Assembly (NCBI GenBank): GCA_052034255.1
Contig: JBPOIU010000022.1
Coordinates: 7,354-71,353 of the forward strand
Reading direction: 5' to 3'
Source of the DNA: Planctomycetota bacterium
GTDB taxonomy: Bacteria; Planctomycetota; B15-G4; JADJEK01
DNA length: 64,000 nucleotides
Positions 1-9,057 of this stretch are shown piece after piece (within the stretch, counting starts at the first letter, position 1; every line of letters begins with the position of its first letter). The position numbers and the translations under genes were made by a program. The notes beneath the pieces were generated by a model that saw only the letters and a program-made list of their open reading frames with translations, did no database searches and was not told where the DNA came from.

Positions 1-225
1 CAACAGGCCGCGCCACATGTAGACGCGCGTCACCGGCACGCCGTCGTCGACCGTCTCCTCGCGCCGCACCAGCGCGGCGTCGGCGCGATACGAGGGCTCG
101 AACGTGAACACGCGGACGTCGTGCCCGGCCGTGCCACGCAGCTTCAGCGCCAGGCGTTTCGCGTAGAGCTCGGTACCGGTCGTGTACTGCGGCGGGTATT
201 GGTGCGTGACGAACACGATCCGCAT
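1..225 (-). CDS. Glycosyltransferase family 4, N-terminal fragment; gene continues past the window start
   Basis: Minus-strand translation from the ATG at 225 gives MRIVFVTHQYPPQYTTGTELYAKRLALKLRGTAGHDVRVF, a typical GT4 N-terminus paralogous to the downstream GT4s. Its start overlaps the stop of the next gene (TGATG). Confidence 0.5.
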   Translation of the reverse strand, partial: MRIVFVTHQYPPQYTTGTELYAKRLALKLRGTAGHDVRVFTFEPSYRADAALVRREETVDDGVPVTRVYMWRGLL

Positions 226-1646
226 CAGCGTCGCCCCCCGGCGAAGTCGGCATAGTTGCGCAGCAAGTCGTTCGCGTTCTCGTGCACGGTTCGTACTCGC
301 GGTCGGGAGTCCGCCAAGCGCGCGGCGAGCCCTGGCTCGTGCGCGAGTCGGTGCAAGACCAACCGCAATGCATCGGCGTTTCCAGCCGGGAACAGGAGTC
401 CGTCGACCCCGTCCGAAACCGCCTCCTCGAGGGCTCCGATGCAGGACGCAGCGACCGGCAGTCGTGCGAGCCAACCTTCACGCAAGGTCAGACAGAACGC
501 CTCGTACCACAACGACGGCACGACCAGAGCGTCCAGGCCGGCGAGGATGCGCGGCAAGTCGTGGGCGCCGTACCGGCCATGGAAGGCGATTCGCTCGTGG
601 CCGGCCGTCGCCGCCCGGAGCTTCGCGCCGTAATCCGTGACCTCGTGCCAAGCGCCGGCTTCGCCCCAGACGTGGAGTTCCGTCGCCGGGTCCGCGAGCT
701 TCACGAACGCGTCGATCAGCACATGGACGCCCTTGGTCGGCAGTACCGAGCCGACGTAGCCGAAGCGGAAACGCGGCGACGGCGTGCGCGTGATGCCGCG
801 GAACGGAGCATCGTCGAGCCCGTTCTCGACCACGACGATGCGTTCGGGCGCGATGCCATAGCGCTCGAACACGAGCTTCGAATGGCGCGACGGCGTGATC
901 AGGCGCTCGACGCGACCGAGCAGCCCCCGCATCCAGGTGTGGTACTGCGCGAGTTGTTCCAAGTCCCGACGGTCGCGCTCCGCCTCCGGCACGTTCGGTC
1001 CGTCGCGGCCGAGGCCGAACCAGCCGCTCCACATCTGGGGCAGGCAAGTGGCACATCGCGCGACGTCGACGTCCTCGCACAGGAACAATTCGCGCGTCAT
1101 TCGTTGGCCGCGCGGACATCCCATCCAGAAGTCATGCAGTGTCATGACCACCGGCAAGCCTCGCGCGCGCGCCGCGTCGATGAGATCGGTCGACAGGCAC
1201 GTCAGATGATGGACGTGGACCACGTCGAACGACTGCCGCGCGAGTTCGGCATCGAACGCGGCGCGGATCGACGCGTTGCGCACGATGCCCGCGAAGTCGA
1301 CGCAGTCCGAGAAGCGGTAGTTCAAGCGCACGACCGCGACGCCGTCGACGCGATAGCGCTCGATCGCGAACTCCGGCCGAGTCGCGTCCGCGCCTCGCGT
1401 GAACACGACGACCTCGTGCCCGAGGCGGGCGTACTCGCGCGCCAGCGCGTGAACGTGGAGTTCGACGCCGCCGATGCTCTCCGGCAGGTAGGCCGCGGTG
1501 ACGAAGAGAATGCGCAAGGGAAGTCCGCTCGTCGCGGGTCGGGAAAGGCGCACAGCATAGACCGGGCCTTGCCCGCTCGCATGGCGTCGCTCGTCAGCCG
1601 CCGTCACCGCATGCGCGACCGAGCACGCGCTCCATGTCCGCCGCAT
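225..1646 (-). CDS. Glycosyltransferase family 4 (Cys4-insert paralog)
   Basis: The 473-aa ORF contains RILFVTAAYLPESIGGVELHVHALA, DVVHVHH, MTLHDF, a CPRG..C..CATC Cys4 motif, and a C-terminal GT-B domain. The true start is probably internal (GTG near 1553 or TTG near 1517), because the first ~40 aa are not GT4-like. Confidence 0.8.
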   Translation of the reverse strand: MRRTWSACSVAHAVTAADERRHASGQGPVYAVRLSRPATSGLPLRILFVTAAYLPESIGGVELHVHALAREYARLGHEVVVFTRGADATRPEFAIERYRVDGVAVVRLNYRFSDCVDFAGIVRNASIRAAFDAELARQSFDVVHVHHLTCLSTDLIDAARARGLPVVMTLHDFWMGCPRGQRMTRELFLCEDVDVARCATCLPQMWSGWFGLGRDGPNVPEAERDRRDLEQLAQYHTWMRGLLGRVERLITPSRHSKLVFERYGIAPERIVVVENGLDDAPFRGITRTPSPRFRFGYVGSVLPTKGVHVLIDAFVKLADPATELHVWGEAGAWHEVTDYGAKLRAATAGHERIAFHGRYGAHDLPRILAGLDALVVPSLWYEAFCLTLREGWLARLPVAASCIGALEEAVSDGVDGLLFPAGNADALRLVLHRLAHEPGLAARLADSRPRVRTVHENANDLLRNYADFAGGRR

Positions 1647-2934
1647 CGGTCGCGATCGACTTGACCGCCGGGATCGTCGCGCGCAGCCGATCCACCACCG
1701 CGGGATCGGCGACGAGGCGGAGAAGCACCGCGGCCAAGTCGGCGGGGTCCGCGCGTCGGAACGTCAGTCCGCCGCCGGAAGCGACCAATTCGCGCATCCC
1801 GCCGAGATCACTCGTGACCACCGGGACGCCGCACTGGAATGCCTCGTGGATCGTCAGTGGCGAGTTCTCGAACCAGATCGAAGGGACGACCAACGCATCG
1901 AGGCCCGTGAGGAAGCGCGGCGCGTCGCCGGGCGCCAACGGACCGGCGAGGTCGATGCCGGCTCCGGGCGCGATCGCGGCGCGCAAGCGCTCGACGTAGT
2001 CCGGGAACCAATCGAGCGCGCCATGGACGACGAGCGTCGCGCTGCCGCGCGGCAAGCGCTGGAACGCGTCGATCAGCACGTCGACACCTTTGTAGTCCGC
2101 GATCGTGCCGAGATAGCCGAGCCGCAACGGCGCCCCCGCACCGCGCGGCGCACGTGGAGGCGCGGACAGTGGCGGGAAGCCGTAGTCGCTGACGACGACT
2201 CTCGCCGCGTCGAGTCCGAGTCCGATCATCTGGTTCGCGAGGAATTGCGAGGGCGCGACGAACGTCTTCACCGCCGCGACGCCATCGCGCATCGCGAAGA
2301 ACCGCGTTTGCGCCGCGCGCGCGAAGTAGCGCAATTCGCCGAGAGACGCGAACGGATCGGCGCCATCGGCACCATCGGCGCCGTCCGGGTAGCGCTGGCG
2401 CTGGATCGGATACGGCGCGAGGCATTGCGCGCACGTCGCGAACGGGATCGGATCGCACAGGTTGCCGGCCGGATCGAGCAGCAAGCCCCCCCGCGGACAC
2501 GCGAGGAAGTACTCGTGCAGCGTCATGACGATCGGGATGCGCCGCGCGACGGCTTGGCGGATCAGGCCCAAGCCGAAGTAGACGAGGCTCTGGACGTGCA
2601 CCACGTCGGGGGCGACCTCGTCGAGCACCGCGCCGATCGCGGCATCCATGCGCCGATCGTCGTAGAGATCGCGGATGTCGTCGAAGTGGCGGTTGTAGAC
2701 GACTTCGTGGAACGGCAGCCCGTCGTAGACGCCGGTCGACAGCGCGAATTGCGGGCGATCGAGCCGCTTCTCCGTGAACACGACGCGGACGTCGTGGCCG
2801 CGCGCCGCGAGCGCCTTCGCGAGGTGGTAGGTGTAGATCTCGGAGCCGGCGCGATGGTCGGGCAAGAAGTCGTGGATGGCTTCGAGGATGCGCACGCGGC
2901 GAACTCCGAGGGCTCGATGCCGCGACCATAGCAA
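1594..2934 (-). CDS. Glycosyltransferase family 4 (Cys4-insert paralog)
   Basis: The 446-aa ORF contains RILEAIHDFLPDHRAGSEIYTYHLAKAL, DVVHVQSL, MTLHEYFLACPRGG..C..CAQC, and a GT-B C-domain. The exact start is uncertain; a GTG at aa 11 or 14 is possible. It contains a DGADGADGAD triplet repeat. Confidence 0.8.
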   Translation of the reverse strand: MLWSRHRALGVRRVRILEAIHDFLPDHRAGSEIYTYHLAKALAARGHDVRVVFTEKRLDRPQFALSTGVYDGLPFHEVVYNRHFDDIRDLYDDRRMDAAIGAVLDEVAPDVVHVQSLVYFGLGLIRQAVARRIPIVMTLHEYFLACPRGGLLLDPAGNLCDPIPFATCAQCLAPYPIQRQRYPDGADGADGADPFASLGELRYFARAAQTRFFAMRDGVAAVKTFVAPSQFLANQMIGLGLDAARVVVSDYGFPPLSAPPRAPRGAGAPLRLGYLGTIADYKGVDVLIDAFQRLPRGSATLVVHGALDWFPDYVERLRAAIAPGAGIDLAGPLAPGDAPRFLTGLDALVVPSIWFENSPLTIHEAFQCGVPVVTSDLGGMRELVASGGGLTFRRADPADLAAVLLRLVADPAVVDRLRATIPAVKSIATDAADMERVLGRACGDGG

Positions 2935-3087
2935 GCCGGCCTGGGAGTCCGACGGCTGGCACGCGAGGAACGCGCGCGCGGGGATCGCCGCCGAGCGGCA
3001 AAGCGCGATCGCGACATGCGCTGCGTACGATGCGCCCCACAGCGCCCGGTTCCAGAGTTGGTCCAGAGTCCGTCGGTTGGGGACGTC

Positions 3088-4476
3088 ATGCGTGCGTGGT
3101 TACGGCGCGGCCATCACGGTCCCGTCGGCGCTTTGTTTTGGATCGTCGCCACGGTGCTCGGGTGGCGCGGTGTGGAGCCGGTCGCGACGTACTTCTACGT
3201 CGCGGCGTGGTACCCCGCGCTGCTGGTCGTCGATGCCGCGACGGCGCGCAAGCGCGGCTGGTCGATGCTGTCCGACCGTCCGCTCGCGTTGTTCTGCCTG
3301 TGGGCGTGGTCGACACCGTTCTGGCTGTTCTTCGAGGTCGTCAACCTGCGCCTCGAGAACTGGTACTACGTCTTCGCCCCGGCCGACCCACTCGCGGGCC
3401 GCCTGTTCCTGATCGCGTCGTTTTCCACCGTGCTGCCCGCTCTGTTCCTCGTCGCCGATCTGCTCGACGCATACGGCTGGTTCGAGAACACGCGCATTCG
3501 CCCGTTGCCGCTGACCATCGCGACGCGCACATGGTGCTTCGTCGCCGGCGTGGCGATGCTCGTGCTGGTGTTCGCGCTCCCGACGCTCGCGTACCCGCTC
3601 GCGTGGGGCTTCCTCGTGCTCCTGCTGGAGCCGTTCAACGTCCAGCCGCGCTGGAACAGTCTGCTGCGCGACCTCGCGTTCGGGCAGCCCGGCCGACTGT
3701 TGCGCCTCGTCGTGGCGGGCCTCGCGTGCGGCGCGTACTGGGAGATCATGAACGTGCCGGCGCGCGCGCGCTGGATCTACACGATCCCGTTCTTCGACAG
3801 GACGCTCGGCGTCGAGATGCCGCCGCTCGGCTTCCTCGGCTTTGCGCCCTTCGCGCTCGAGGCCTACGCCTTCGTCCGCGCGCTCGAGATCCAAGGTCTG
3901 TCGGTGCCGTGGGAGTCCGGCCCTGGTCGAGCACGCCCGCTCGCACCGTGGTTCCGGCTGTTCGCCGTGCCAGCCGTGGTCACGGCCACGGCGCTGCTCG
4001 GCATTCGAGCGCTCGAGCGCTGGACGGTGGACTCCCGCCAGTCGACCACCGCGGAACTCCCGACCGTGACCGCGCGGGAGGCCCGGATCCTCGACCAGCT
4101 CGGGCTCGCCGACCCGCGCGACCTAGCCGTGATCGACGCCGCGTCGACGCCGTTGAACGCGACCGACCTCGCGAAAATCCTGTTCGTCGAGGACGAACGT
4201 GCCACGGACCTGATCACGCTGGCGCGGCTCGCCGAGTTCCGAGGCCTCGGAGCGCAGCGCGCGGCGCTGCTGTTTCGCGTCGGCATCCGGTCCGTGGCCG
4301 ACCTCGCCGCCGCCGATCCGGACCTGCTGCTCGATCGTTTGGCCGCGCTTGGTCCACCGTCGCGAACGGTTCGCCCCCAGCGGGTTCTGGGCTGGATTCG
4401 GGCTGCGCGCAAGGCCATACGTGATCGGGTGATCGGTCCGGATACGAGCTTCCGTTCCGAGGCCGATGCTCCCTAG
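3088..4476 (+). CDS. Polytopic integral membrane protein with C-terminal tandem helix-hairpin-helix (DUF4332-like) domain
   Basis: Start is at MRAWLRRGHHGPVGALFWIV. There are about 8 hydrophobic segments, including WYYVF and LFLVADLLD. The C-terminus reads LDQLGLADPRDLAVIDAASTPLNATDLAKILFV...FRGLGAQRAALLFRVGIRSVADLAAADP, which is HhH-like. It is divergent from the GT4 gene at 2934. Confidence 0.6.
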   Translation: MRAWLRRGHHGPVGALFWIVATVLGWRGVEPVATYFYVAAWYPALLVVDAATARKRGWSMLSDRPLALFCLWAWSTPFWLFFEVVNLRLENWYYVFAPADPLAGRLFLIASFSTVLPALFLVADLLDAYGWFENTRIRPLPLTIATRTWCFVAGVAMLVLVFALPTLAYPLAWGFLVLLLEPFNVQPRWNSLLRDLAFGQPGRLLRLVVAGLACGAYWEIMNVPARARWIYTIPFFDRTLGVEMPPLGFLGFAPFALEAYAFVRALEIQGLSVPWESGPGRARPLAPWFRLFAVPAVVTATALLGIRALERWTVDSRQSTTAELPTVTAREARILDQLGLADPRDLAVIDAASTPLNATDLAKILFVEDERATDLITLARLAEFRGLGAQRAALLFRVGIRSVADLAAADPDLLLDRLAALGPPSRTVRPQRVLGWIRAARKAIRDRVIGPDTSFRSEADAP

Positions 4477-4595
4477 AATCCCCGCCTCGTCCGTCGAGCC
4501 ATCCGGTTCGTCCACGATGCGGGGCGCTCACGCGCCGCGCTCCCGGACGTCGGTGTCGTGTGAGTCCTCTCCTCTCGATCGCAAGGACCCATCGC

Positions 4596-6104
4596 ATGAA
4601 GAGCTTCGTGAATCGTTTCCGGATCGCCGTGCCCTGCTTGTTCCTCGCCGTCGCGGCCGGTTCGGCCGACGCAGCGACGATCAACGTTCCGGCCAACTTC
4701 CCGACGATCCAAGGAGCGATCGACGCTGCGCTCCCGGGTGACACGATCGTCGTCGCCAAGGGTGTGTACGAAGAAGTCCTCAACATCCCGAACACGCTCG
4801 TCGGTCTGACGCTGCGCGGCAAGAAGGGTGCGATCTTGGACGCTCGGCCGGCCGGCGTGGACTCCGGCGCCGGCATCGTCGTCGTCGCGAACTCCGTGAC
4901 GGTGCGTGACCTCGTCATCCGCCATGCGGCGGACATCGTCAGCAACGACGGCGACGGGATCCGGGTGACCGGAACCGGCTTCATCGGCCGCAACCTGACG
5001 ATTCAACACTGCGAAGGCAGCGGCGTCGCGCTGGGCGGTACGGGCGCATTGCTCGACAACGTGACCATTTCCGGCACGTCCGATGGCGTCAACTTCGGCG
5101 CCGCGACCACGACGCTGCGTCGCGTGCGGACGAACGGAACGTCGTCGAACGGCATCGATGGAACGGGCGCCACGGCCGTGATCGACCGGTGCACCGTCCG
5201 CGACAGCGATGGATTCGCCATCGTGATCACGGGTGCCACGGCGACGCTGACGAAGAACACGGTGACCAACTGTGGTTCCACGGCGATCGTGATCACTGGC
5301 GCCGGCGCGACTCTGACGCAGAACACCGTGACCCTCTGCAACGACGGCATCTCCGTCGCGGGCAACAACGCCGCGGTGACCAAGAACAAGCTGCGCTCGG
5401 TGGACGGCACCGGCATCGCCCTCACCGGGGATACCGCCAACATCCAGTCCAACGTGATCGACGACGCCGACACGTGCGTCGCGATCCTCGGCAACGGCAA
5501 CTCGGCGATCGGAAACACCGGTCGACGCTCGGCGGAAGGCATCACGGCCGTCGGCACGACGAACAACGTCGGCGACAACGTGCTGCGCGACCAGTCCAAC
5601 GTCGGCATCTCCATCACGGGTGCGAGTTCCGGAACGTCGGTGATCGCCAACGACATCCGTAACTGCGTCGCCGAGGGCATCGTCTGCACGTCGGACACCG
5701 TGACGATCGCCGGCAACGCTCTGCGCGACTGCGGCACGTTCGATCTCGCGGCGCTAAGCGTCACGGCGAACTCGAACGACGTCACCGGCAACAACGTCCG
5801 CAACGCGCGCTCCGACGGCATTCGCGTGAGCGGCAACTCGAACTCGGTCGCGGCGAACGTCTGCCAATCGAACCTCGAGGACGGCATCGACATCGAAGGC
5901 GGCACGAACAACACGCTCAGCAACAACAACTGCTCGTCGAACTCCGCCGAGGGCATCGAGAACAACGGCGGCAACACGACGATCCAGAACTGCACGGCGC
6001 AGAAGAACCGCACCGACATCGCCAATGACGGCACGCTCGGCGCGTTCAACTTCAACGTGTTCACGACGGGTGGTCAGGCCACCGCGCCCGAAGTCGACGG
6101 CTGA
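4596..6104 (+). CDS. Secreted right-handed parallel beta-helix repeat protein (pectate-lyase / NosD-like fold)
   Basis: MKSFVNRFRIAVPCLFLAVAAGSADA is a signal peptide. About 20 periodic xxGxxIxGxxxTLTxNTVTNC coils follow, and the protein is rich in N, T and G. Its composition is unlike the high-GC artefact ORFs. Confidence 0.7.
   Translation: MKSFVNRFRIAVPCLFLAVAAGSADAATINVPANFPTIQGAIDAALPGDTIVVAKGVYEEVLNIPNTLVGLTLRGKKGAILDARPAGVDSGAGIVVVANSVTVRDLVIRHAADIVSNDGDGIRVTGTGFIGRNLTIQHCEGSGVALGGTGALLDNVTISGTSDGVNFGAATTTLRRVRTNGTSSNGIDGTGATAVIDRCTVRDSDGFAIVITGATATLTKNTVTNCGSTAIVITGAGATLTQNTVTLCNDGISVAGNNAAVTKNKLRSVDGTGIALTGDTANIQSNVIDDADTCVAILGNGNSAIGNTGRRSAEGITAVGTTNNVGDNVLRDQSNVGISITGASSGTSVIANDIRNCVAEGIVCTSDTVTIAGNALRDCGTFDLAALSVTANSNDVTGNNVRNARSDGIRVSGNSNSVAANVCQSNLEDGIDIEGGTNNTLSNNNCSSNSAEGIENNGGNTTIQNCTAQKNRTDIANDGTLGAFNFNVFTTGGQATAPEVDG
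5221..5352 (+). repeat. Intragenic tandem duplication of ~66 bp (two beta-helix coils)
   Basis: The segment atcgtgatcacgggtgccacggcgacgctgacgaagaacacggtgaccaactg is followed by atcgtgatcactggcgccggcgcgactctgacgcagaacaccgtgaccctctg at about 80% identity. Both encode IVITGA(T/G)ATLT(K/Q)NTVT. Confidence 0.4.
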
Positions 6105-6133
6105 TCCGACCGCTGCGCGAAGTGACGTGAAAC

Positions 6134-6168
6134 GGGGGCCGCTCTCGACGTAGAGCGGCCCCCTTTCG
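6134..6168 (+). terminator. Rho-independent terminator hairpin after the beta-helix gene
   Basis: The sequence gggggccgctc-tcgacgta-gagcggccccc forms an 11-bp GC stem followed by tttcgc, 30 nt after the stop at 6104. It lies between convergent genes. Confidence 0.5.
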
Positions 6169-6226
6169 CATCACATGTGGATCCGCCGCGGCGCGGAATG
6201 GACGGCGCGCGCGCCGACGAACGCGT

Positions 6227-7639
6227 TCACTTCGGCGGAGCGTCCACGCGCGCCCGCAGGGCGTCCTCGAGCTCGTGGATGCGCCGCCGCTGTTCGGCCA
6301 CGATGTCCTCCCACTTCTCGATGCGCACCAACTCCTGGAACGCCGTCTCGCGCCGATTCCATTCGTCGCGCAGACGTTCCGCGTCGTCGCGCACGGGTGG
6401 CGGAGGCGTCGGTCGCCGCAGCGCGTCGGCATAGATGGCTTCGAGCCGGGACGCGTGCTCCACGAACGTCGCGAGCCGCGGCCCTTCCGCCGTCCGCATC
6501 GCATCGAGCCGCCCCGGCTCGTCGACGAGCAGCGCGAGCTTCCGGGCGAGATCGTCCGCGTCGTTCGGCACGAACGTCAGCACGCGTCCGGTCGCCCGTT
6601 CCGCGAGAGCGCCCGCCGCCGCGGCGAGGATCGGAACTCCGAACAGCGTGGCCTCGTCGAGGATGAACGAGTACGACTCGCGCGCGAGTGTCGGGATCAC
6701 CGCCACGTCCATCGTCGCGCCTTCGAGGTCGGCGACGCGAAAGCGGCCGTGGAAGTGGACGTCGGAACCCTCGGCCAGGAGCTCCAGGCGCTCCTTGTAC
6801 TCCGGCGACGACGCTTCGCCATGCAGGTGGACGGCCAAGCGATCCCGCCGCGCGCACCGCCGCACGGCTTCGAGCAGCACGTGCGCGCCCTTCAGTGGAT
6901 GCAGATGGCTCCAGTACGCGACATGGAGTTTGCCGTCCGCCCCGCGGGCCGGCGCGGTCCGAGGCGTTTCTTCGAGCGAACCGTGCGGCAACGTGACGAG
7001 CTGCGCCGCGGTGTAGCCGAGCATGCGTCCGAGGAACGTCCCGTGCGACGTCGAAGGGGTGATCACGCACGCGGCGAGTTCGAGCTCGCGCAGCATGTCC
7101 GCGCGATAGCGGCGAATCGCCGCCGTGATCTCCGGGTCGCGTTGGAAGCGCCAGCGCGGCACGCACGTCAGGCACGCGTCCACGCTCATCGGCCGTTCGC
7201 ACGGCTCGTCGCCGTTCGTTCCCTTGAGCCGGAACACGCGCGGACAACTCGGATACAGATCGTGCGCGGTCACGACCGCACGGACTCCGAGGCGCGTCGC
7301 GATGGCGACCAGGTTCGTCGACAGCCGGATCCAATGATGCACATGCACGAGATCGGGGCGCAACGAGCCGATGTGGCGCTCGAACACCTGCGACACGCCG
7401 GGGTGGTACCCCTTGTCCCAGCGGTCGAAGTACAGGTCGTTGCGGTGCACGCGCGTGACCGGCACGTCGTCGACGACTCCGCGCTCGACTTCGAGGTCCT
7501 TGCGCCACTCGAGCGAGCCGGCGAACACGTGCGGCTCGTGGCCTGCGCGCCGTTGCTCACGCACGAGGCGCGCCACGTAGAGCTCGGTGCCGCCGATGAC
7601 TTCGGGCGGATAGCCGTGGACGACGTGCAAGATCTTCAC
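6227..7639 (-). CDS. Glycosyltransferase family 4 (Cys4-insert paralog) with C-terminal coiled-coil tail
   Basis: MKILHVVHGYPPEVIGGTELYVARLV, DLVHVHHW, VVTAHDLYPSCPRV..C..CLTC. The C-terminal ~70 aa are charged and helical (ERLRDEWNRRETAFQELVRIEKWEDIVAEQRRRIHELEDALRAR). Confidence 0.8.
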   Translation of the reverse strand: MKILHVVHGYPPEVIGGTELYVARLVREQRRAGHEPHVFAGSLEWRKDLEVERGVVDDVPVTRVHRNDLYFDRWDKGYHPGVSQVFERHIGSLRPDLVHVHHWIRLSTNLVAIATRLGVRAVVTAHDLYPSCPRVFRLKGTNGDEPCERPMSVDACLTCVPRWRFQRDPEITAAIRRYRADMLRELELAACVITPSTSHGTFLGRMLGYTAAQLVTLPHGSLEETPRTAPARGADGKLHVAYWSHLHPLKGAHVLLEAVRRCARRDRLAVHLHGEASSPEYKERLELLAEGSDVHFHGRFRVADLEGATMDVAVIPTLARESYSFILDEATLFGVPILAAAAGALAERATGRVLTFVPNDADDLARKLALLVDEPGRLDAMRTAEGPRLATFVEHASRLEAIYADALRRPTPPPPVRDDAERLRDEWNRRETAFQELVRIEKWEDIVAEQRRRIHELEDALRARVDAPPK

Positions 7640-9057
7640 GAACCGACCTCGCTGACGGGGTGCCGACCGACGAGCGCCATCAGTTCCTCCTCGACGCGAT
7701 CGACGTGCGCATCAAGCGTCAGCGGCTGCGGCGCCGCGGCGCGCATGCGCTCGATCACGGCACGGTCCTGGACGAAGACCGCGAACGCGCGGGCCAGCGC
7801 TTTGGCGTCTCCCGGCGCGAACAGCAGGCCGTCGACGTCGTGGCGCACGGCCTCGGCCATGCCACCGAGGTTCGACGCGACGACCGGCACGCCGGCGGCG
7901 CGGGCTTCTTGGATCACGATCGGAAAGTTCTCGAACCAGATCGACGGCACGACCAGCACGTCGATCTGCGCGAACGCCTTCGCCAGATCGCGGCGCGGCA
8001 CCGGGCCCTTCAGATCGACGTCGAGACCCTGCGCCAGTTGTTCGAGGCGCGCGACGTAGTCCGGGTAGTAATCGCGGCGTCCGAACACGAGCAGCCGGCC
8101 GTGGCCCTTCATGAAGCGCATCGCTTCGATCGCCACGTGGACGCCCTTGTGCGGCGCCAACGTGCCGATGAACCCGAACACGACGTGGTCGTGCTCGCGG
8201 CGCTTGCGCTCGGCGTGCGCGGGCATCTCGATCCCGAGCGGCAATACGTGGATCTTGCGCTTCGGCAAGCCGAACGCGGCCATGCCCTCGCGGACGGTGT
8301 TCGACGGCGCGAGGAATCGATCGACGTGGCGCGCGAGCGCGTGGAACGCCTTGTCGCGACGCTTGAACAACGGCGCGAACGAGTCCACGCGCGCACGACG
8401 CGCGCGATCCGCCTTCTCGTCCTGCGTCGCGCTCGGCGCGTCGCCGCCGCCGCGCACGAGCGGCAATCCGCGCAAGACGTCGACGACCGGCGCGAGATCG
8501 AAGCCCGCGACGTTCTTCGTCCAGCGGATCGCCGAGATCATGCGTTGCTGCAGCTTCGTTTGCGCGAACTTGAAGTCGGCCATGCAGTTCGCGCACTTCT
8601 TCGGCTCGGGGCCGGTGCAGACGCGCTCACCGTGTTCGAGCAATTGGCCGAAGCGCGCGCACGCGAGGAAGAAGTCGTGCAGGGTCATCAACACCGGGAT
8701 GCCGCGTTCCTTCGCGATGGCGGGCAAACCCATCGACAACAGCATCACGTGCTGCACGTGGACGACGTCCGGCCGGACGTCGTCGAGCACCACGCGGAAC
8801 TGACGCTCGACCTCGGGGTTCGCGAAGGTCTCGTCGAACGACGCGTAGAGCAGGTTGTTCGTCAACACGTGACACGGGATGCCGTGCCACTCGCGTCGCT
8901 CGAGCGTGTAGTTGTGCCGCGACAACACCTTCTCGGTGAAGAACAGGTGCACGTCGTGGCCACGTTGTTTCAACGCCCGCGCGATGCTGTCGGTGTAGAC
9001 CTCGGTGCCGGCCGAGTGTCGTGGCAAGAAGAAGTGCAGGACGAGCAGCACTCTCAT
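7636..9057 (-). CDS. Glycosyltransferase family 4 (Cys4-insert paralog)
   Basis: Start is at MRVLLVLHFFLPRHSAGTEVYTDSIARAL, which is aa 160 of the listed ORF; the upstream extension is a compositional artefact. DVVHVQHV, MTLHDFFLACARFG..C..CANC. ATGA overlap with the upstream GT2 stop. Confidence 0.8.
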   Translation of the reverse strand: MRVLLVLHFFLPRHSAGTEVYTDSIARALKQRGHDVHLFFTEKVLSRHNYTLERREWHGIPCHVLTNNLLYASFDETFANPEVERQFRVVLDDVRPDVVHVQHVMLLSMGLPAIAKERGIPVLMTLHDFFLACARFGQLLEHGERVCTGPEPKKCANCMADFKFAQTKLQQRMISAIRWTKNVAGFDLAPVVDVLRGLPLVRGGGDAPSATQDEKADRARRARVDSFAPLFKRRDKAFHALARHVDRFLAPSNTVREGMAAFGLPKRKIHVLPLGIEMPAHAERKRREHDHVVFGFIGTLAPHKGVHVAIEAMRFMKGHGRLLVFGRRDYYPDYVARLEQLAQGLDVDLKGPVPRRDLAKAFAQIDVLVVPSIWFENFPIVIQEARAAGVPVVASNLGGMAEAVRHDVDGLLFAPGDAKALARAFAVFVQDRAVIERMRAAAPQPLTLDAHVDRVEEELMALVGRHPVSEVGS

